Source of the DNA: Acidothermus cellulolyticus 11B
GTDB lineage: Bacteria; Actinomycetota; Actinomycetes; Acidothermales; Acidothermaceae
Assembly (NCBI RefSeq): GCF_000015025.1
Contig: NC_008578.1
Coordinates: 390,001-422,000, forward strand
Direction of reading: 5' to 3'
DNA length: 32,000 bases
The position numbers were made by a program, and so were the translations under genes. Positions 29,036-32,000 of this stretch are shown here, one piece after another; positions within the stretch are counted from its first letter, which is position 1; every line of letters begins with the position of its first letter. The notes below the pieces were generated by a model. It searched no databases and was not told the origin of the DNA. It saw only the letters and a list, made by a program, of their open reading frames with translations.

Positions 29036-30568
29036 ATGTCGGAGAGCGGTCCCGTCGACCCGCGCGATGTCCGGGAGCGGGTGCTCCGCGGCGGCCCGGC
29101 GAAGTATCACGAGGCGAACGCGGCACGCGGCAAGCTCTTTGTGCGCGACCGGATCCGGTACCTGGTCGATCCGGATTCGTTCGTGGAGGACGGCCTCTTC
29201 GCCAATGCGCTGGCGGCCGACCTGCCGGCCGACGCGGTCGTCACCGGGACGGCGACGATTGACGGCCGCCCGGTTGCGTTGATGGCCAACGACTCCACGG
29301 TCAAAGCCGGCTCGTGGGGGGCCCGGACCGTCGAGAAAATCATTCGCATCATCGAGTACGCCGTGCGATGCGGGCTGCCGCTGGTCTATCTCGTGGATTC
29401 GGCCGGCGCGCGAATTCCCGATCAGGTCGCGATGTTTCCCGGCCGGCGAGGCGCGGGACACATTTTCTATTCGCAAGTGCGCGCGAGCGGGGCGGTGCCG
29501 CAGGTCTGTGCGTTGTTCGGGCCGAGCGCAGCCGGCGGCGCGTACATTCCCGCTTTCTGTGATCTGGTCGTGATGGTCGAGGGAAACGCCTCGATGTACC
29601 TCGGCTCGGACCGCATGGTGGAGATGGTCACCGGAGAGAAGACCAGCCTCGAGGAAATGGGCGGGGCGCGGATGCACTGCGCGGAGTCCGGCGTCGGACA
29701 CCTTCTGGTCGGTGACGAATATGCGGCGCTCGACGCCGTCCGGCGTTATTTGTCATACCTGCCGTCGAATTGGCGGGAAGAGCCGCCGTCTGCGCCGCCG
29801 CGTGACCCTGAACCGGTCGATCTCGGCGCACTCGTACCGGCGAACGAGCGCGTCGCCTTCGACATGAAGGCGTTCATCCGCGGCCTGGTCGACGCCGGCT
29901 CTTTCTTCGAAATTCATCCGCTCTGGGCCCGGGAAATCGTCGTCGGTTTCGCACGGCTCGCCGGTCAGGTGATCGGTGTCGTCGCAAACAATCCGCTGCA
30001 CAAGGGCGGCGTTCTCTTTGTGGACTCTGCTGACAAGGCGACCCGGTTCATCAACCTCTGCGATGCATTCAACGTACCGTTGCTCTTCCTTGCCGACGTG
30101 CCGGGTTTCATGGTCGGCACCGCCGTGGAGAAGCAGGGAATCATCCGGCACGGCGCGAAAATGCTGACGGCGGTCGCCGAAGCGACCGTGCCGAAATTCT
30201 GTGTCGTCGTCCGCAAAGCGTACGGCGCCGGGCTGTACGCCATGGCCGGACCCGGCTTCGCACCCGACGCGACGTTGGCTTTGCCTACGGCAAAAATCGC
30301 GGTGATGGGCGCGGAGGCGGCGGTGAACGCTGTCCATGCCCGGCGGCTCGCGGCCATCGCGGACGAGGCCGAGCGGGCGCGGGTGGCGGCACAACTTCGC
30401 GCCGACTATGCCGCGGATATTGACATCGTCCGGCTCGCATCCGAGTTGGTCGTCGACGACATCGTGGAGCCGGCGGCATTACGAATGCAGCTCATCGAGC
30501 GGCTGGCCCGCACCCGCGGCAAGAATCGAGCGTTTGCCGACCGCCGGCACGGCGTCGCCCCGGTGTAG
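29036..30568 (+). CDS. Acyl-CoA carboxylase carboxyltransferase beta subunit. From context it is probably the 3-methylcrotonyl-CoA carboxylase beta subunit (AccD1-like).
   Basis: It has a carboxyl-transferase fold, shown by GKLFVRDRIRYLVDPDSF, ANDSTVKAGSWG, LVDSAGARI and PKFCVVVRKAYGAGLYAM. The substrate is inferred only from the neighbouring genes. Confidence 0.88.
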   Translation: MSESGPVDPRDVRERVLRGGPAKYHEANAARGKLFVRDRIRYLVDPDSFVEDGLFANALAADLPADAVVTGTATIDGRPVALMANDSTVKAGSWGARTVEKIIRIIEYAVRCGLPLVYLVDSAGARIPDQVAMFPGRRGAGHIFYSQVRASGAVPQVCALFGPSAAGGAYIPAFCDLVVMVEGNASMYLGSDRMVEMVTGEKTSLEEMGGARMHCAESGVGHLLVGDEYAALDAVRRYLSYLPSNWREEPPSAPPRDPEPVDLGALVPANERVAFDMKAFIRGLVDAGSFFEIHPLWAREIVVGFARLAGQVIGVVANNPLHKGGVLFVDSADKATRFINLCDAFNVPLLFLADVPGFMVGTAVEKQGIIRHGAKMLTAVAEATVPKFCVVVRKAYGAGLYAMAGPGFAPDATLALPTAKIAVMGAEAAVNAVHARRLAAIADEAERARVAAQLRADYAADIDIVRLASELVVDDIVEPAALRMQLIERLARTRGKNRAFADRRHGVAPV

Positions 30569-30634
30569 CCGAGTGCGGTACCGACCGCAGGTGGCACTCC
30601 CGGTTGGTGACGTGATGTCTCGGTGCAGCCGGGT

Positions 30635-30653
30635 GCGGCGTGCACCGCGCCGC
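30635..30653. terminator. Weak GC hairpin between the convergent accD1-like and gtrA-like genes
   Basis: GCGGCG-TGCACCG-CGCCGC forms a 6-bp stem with a 7-nt loop. There is no U-tract. Confidence 0.25.
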
Positions 30654-30663
30654 GTGCACCTGC

Positions 30664-31209
30664 TCAGACGACGGCCGCACCCGCGGCCTGCTCGGACCGT
30701 TCCGGTTCGTCGAGCGCGAGGAACACCCAGCGTCGATACGACCAGAACCGGAAGAGTGTGCCGAGCACCAGGCCGATTCCGTTCGCCGAGATGTTGTCGG
30801 CGAGTTTGCTGTGAAAACCGAGCCCGTAATGCGAAATAGCCAGGCAGGCTTCGGCGATCGCTAAACCGATCCCGTTGAACACGAAGAACAACACGTACTC
30901 GCGCCGGATCCCGGTGCGGGCCCGATGCCGCCACGTCCAATGGCGGTTGGCGAAGTACGCGAACGTTGCCGCCGCCGCCGTCGAGATTGCCTTGGCCGTG
31001 ATGACCTTGTTGTGCAACGGACCGCCGTCGCCCCGGAGCACATTGAACAAGCCGACGTCCACGACGAAGGCGAGCAGCCCGACGACGCCGAATTTGGCCA
31101 CTTCATGGACGAGCTGCGCGAAACGACGGTAGAGGGCGGGGATGACGTTCACAGCACCACCTTGGCAATCGGCATTGTCGATGTGCCTACCGATCGTGGT
31201 CGCCGACAC
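30664..31209 (-). CDS. GtrA-family membrane protein (associated with polyprenyl-phosphate-sugar handling)
   Basis: It has four hydrophobic helices and the typical N-terminus FAQLVHEVAKFGVVGLLAFVVDVGLFNVL, and it is a small basic protein. The start is GTG 31209 or GTG 31152; the latter is preceded by AAGGTGG. Confidence 0.75.
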   Translation of the reverse strand: MSATTIGRHIDNADCQGGAVNVIPALYRRFAQLVHEVAKFGVVGLLAFVVDVGLFNVLRGDGGPLHNKVITAKAISTAAAATFAYFANRHWTWRHRARTGIRREYVLFFVFNGIGLAIAEACLAISHYGLGFHSKLADNISANGIGLVLGTLFRFWSYRRWVFLALDEPERSEQAAGAAVV

Positions 31210-31310
31210 CGCGCCGTCGACTCGCTGACGCCCAGAGTATCGGCATCCGGTGCGACGATGTGAGCGGGGACGGCGATCCCGGCCCGCCGACGATCGGAAA
31301 GGGGCATACC

Positions 31311-32000
31311 ATGCGCTCCTCGCGATACGACTACTTCTTGGACGACCACTACGCCGCGCTGCGTTCCCTTGTCGAAGAATTCGCCCATGATGAAGTGGCG
31401 CCGAAGGCGGCGGCGCTTGATGCGGCCGAGGAGTTCCCGTACGAGCTCGTCGCTCAGATGGCCCGGCTTGGCCTCTTCGGCCTCCCGTTCCCGGAGGAGT
31501 ACGGCGGGTCCGGCGGTGATTACTTCGCGCTCTGTCTTGCCGTCGAGGAGCTGGCCCGCGTTGATTCGTCGCTTGCCATCACCCTCGAAGCTGCAGTGAG
31601 CCTCGGTGCCATGCCGATCTACCGCTTCGGCACGGAGGAGCAGCGCCGTCGCTGGCTGCCGCCGTTGGCGCGCGGCGAACGGCTCGGTGCGTTCGGGCTC
31701 ACCGAACCGGGCGGGGGAAGCGACGCGGGTGCGACCGCGACCCGGGCGGTTCCGGACGGCGACGGGTGGCGGATTCGCGGCACGAAAGCGTTCATCACCA
31801 ACGCCGGCACAGAGATAACCAGTGTGATCACTGTGACCGCGATCACCGGGCAGCGGGATGGGGAGAAAGAAATCTCCTCGTTCATCGTTCCGGTGCCGAG
31901 TTCCGGCCTGACCGTGAGCCCGCCGTACTCCAAGGTGGGGTGGCACGCCTCCGACACCCGGCAGGTGTTCTTGGACGACGTCTACGTCCCGGCCGATCAT
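31311..32000 (+). CDS. Acyl-CoA dehydrogenase, N-terminal 230 aa (it continues beyond the window). From context it is possibly isovaleryl-CoA dehydrogenase.
   Basis: I translated this by hand because it is not in the supplied track (it has no stop in the window). It reads MRSSRYDYFLDDHYAALRSLVEEFAHDEVAPKAAALDAAEEFPYELVAQMARLGLFGLPFPEEYGGSGGDY...GAFGLTEPGGGSDAG...GWRIRGTKAFITNAG. GGAAAGGGG lies upstream of ATG 31311. The listed 283-aa minus-strand ORF (31149-32000) is its antisense shadow. Confidence 0.9.
   Translation, partial: MRSSRYDYFLDDHYAALRSLVEEFAHDEVAPKAAALDAAEEFPYELVAQMARLGLFGLPFPEEYGGSGGDYFALCLAVEELARVDSSLAITLEAAVSLGAMPIYRFGTEEQRRRWLPPLARGERLGAFGLTEPGGGSDAGATATRAVPDGDGWRIRGTKAFITNAGTEITSVITVTAITGQRDGEKEISSFIVPVPSSGLTVSPPYSKVGWHASDTRQVFLDDVYVPADH

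Overview
This is high-GC DNA with strong third-position GC bias and many long stop-free antisense ORFs, typical of an actinobacterial chromosome. The window is almost entirely conserved core metabolism. It contains no rRNA or tRNA genes, transposases, integrases, CRISPR arrays or recognisable defence genes.

Gene order, left to right:
- M23 peptidase (3' end cut by the window edge)
- orphan IcmB-like B12-binding subunit
- ECF sigma factor with a putative anti-sigma factor
- sucC, sucD
- PerM-like membrane protein
- purN, purH, folD
- DUF3017 protein
- mdh, icd
- CNNM/CorC-type membrane protein, translationally coupled to trpS
- 2H phosphoesterase
- cspA-family gene with a long structured leader
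- D-Ala-D-Ala carboxypeptidase
- LpdA-like flavoprotein
- Hanks-type Ser/Thr kinase
- DUF5313 protein
- ppc, birA
- bPH_2 membrane protein
- a leucine/isovalerate-type catabolic set: enoyl-CoA hydratase, HMG-CoA lyase, acyl-CoA carboxylase beta subunit and acyl-CoA dehydrogenase. This set is interrupted by a secreted PQQ-like beta-propeller protein and a GtrA-family protein.

The order icd - trpS - dacB - lpdA - birA matches what I recall of the Mycobacterium/Streptomyces backbone, so most of this window is ordinary.

I found no convincing novel multi-gene system. The things worth a second look are small:
- four separate short tandem or direct repeat loci confined to intergenic spacers, two of them carrying perfect palindromes in divergent promoter regions
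- an atypically long BirA with an in-frame repeat at the N-terminus and a Pro/Gly-rich insertion
- an LpdA-like enzyme that keeps the CxxxxC pair but lacks the His-Glu dyad
- the mosaic catabolic cluster containing the beta-propeller protein

All functional calls rest on motif and family recognition by eye. Start codons are often uncertain.
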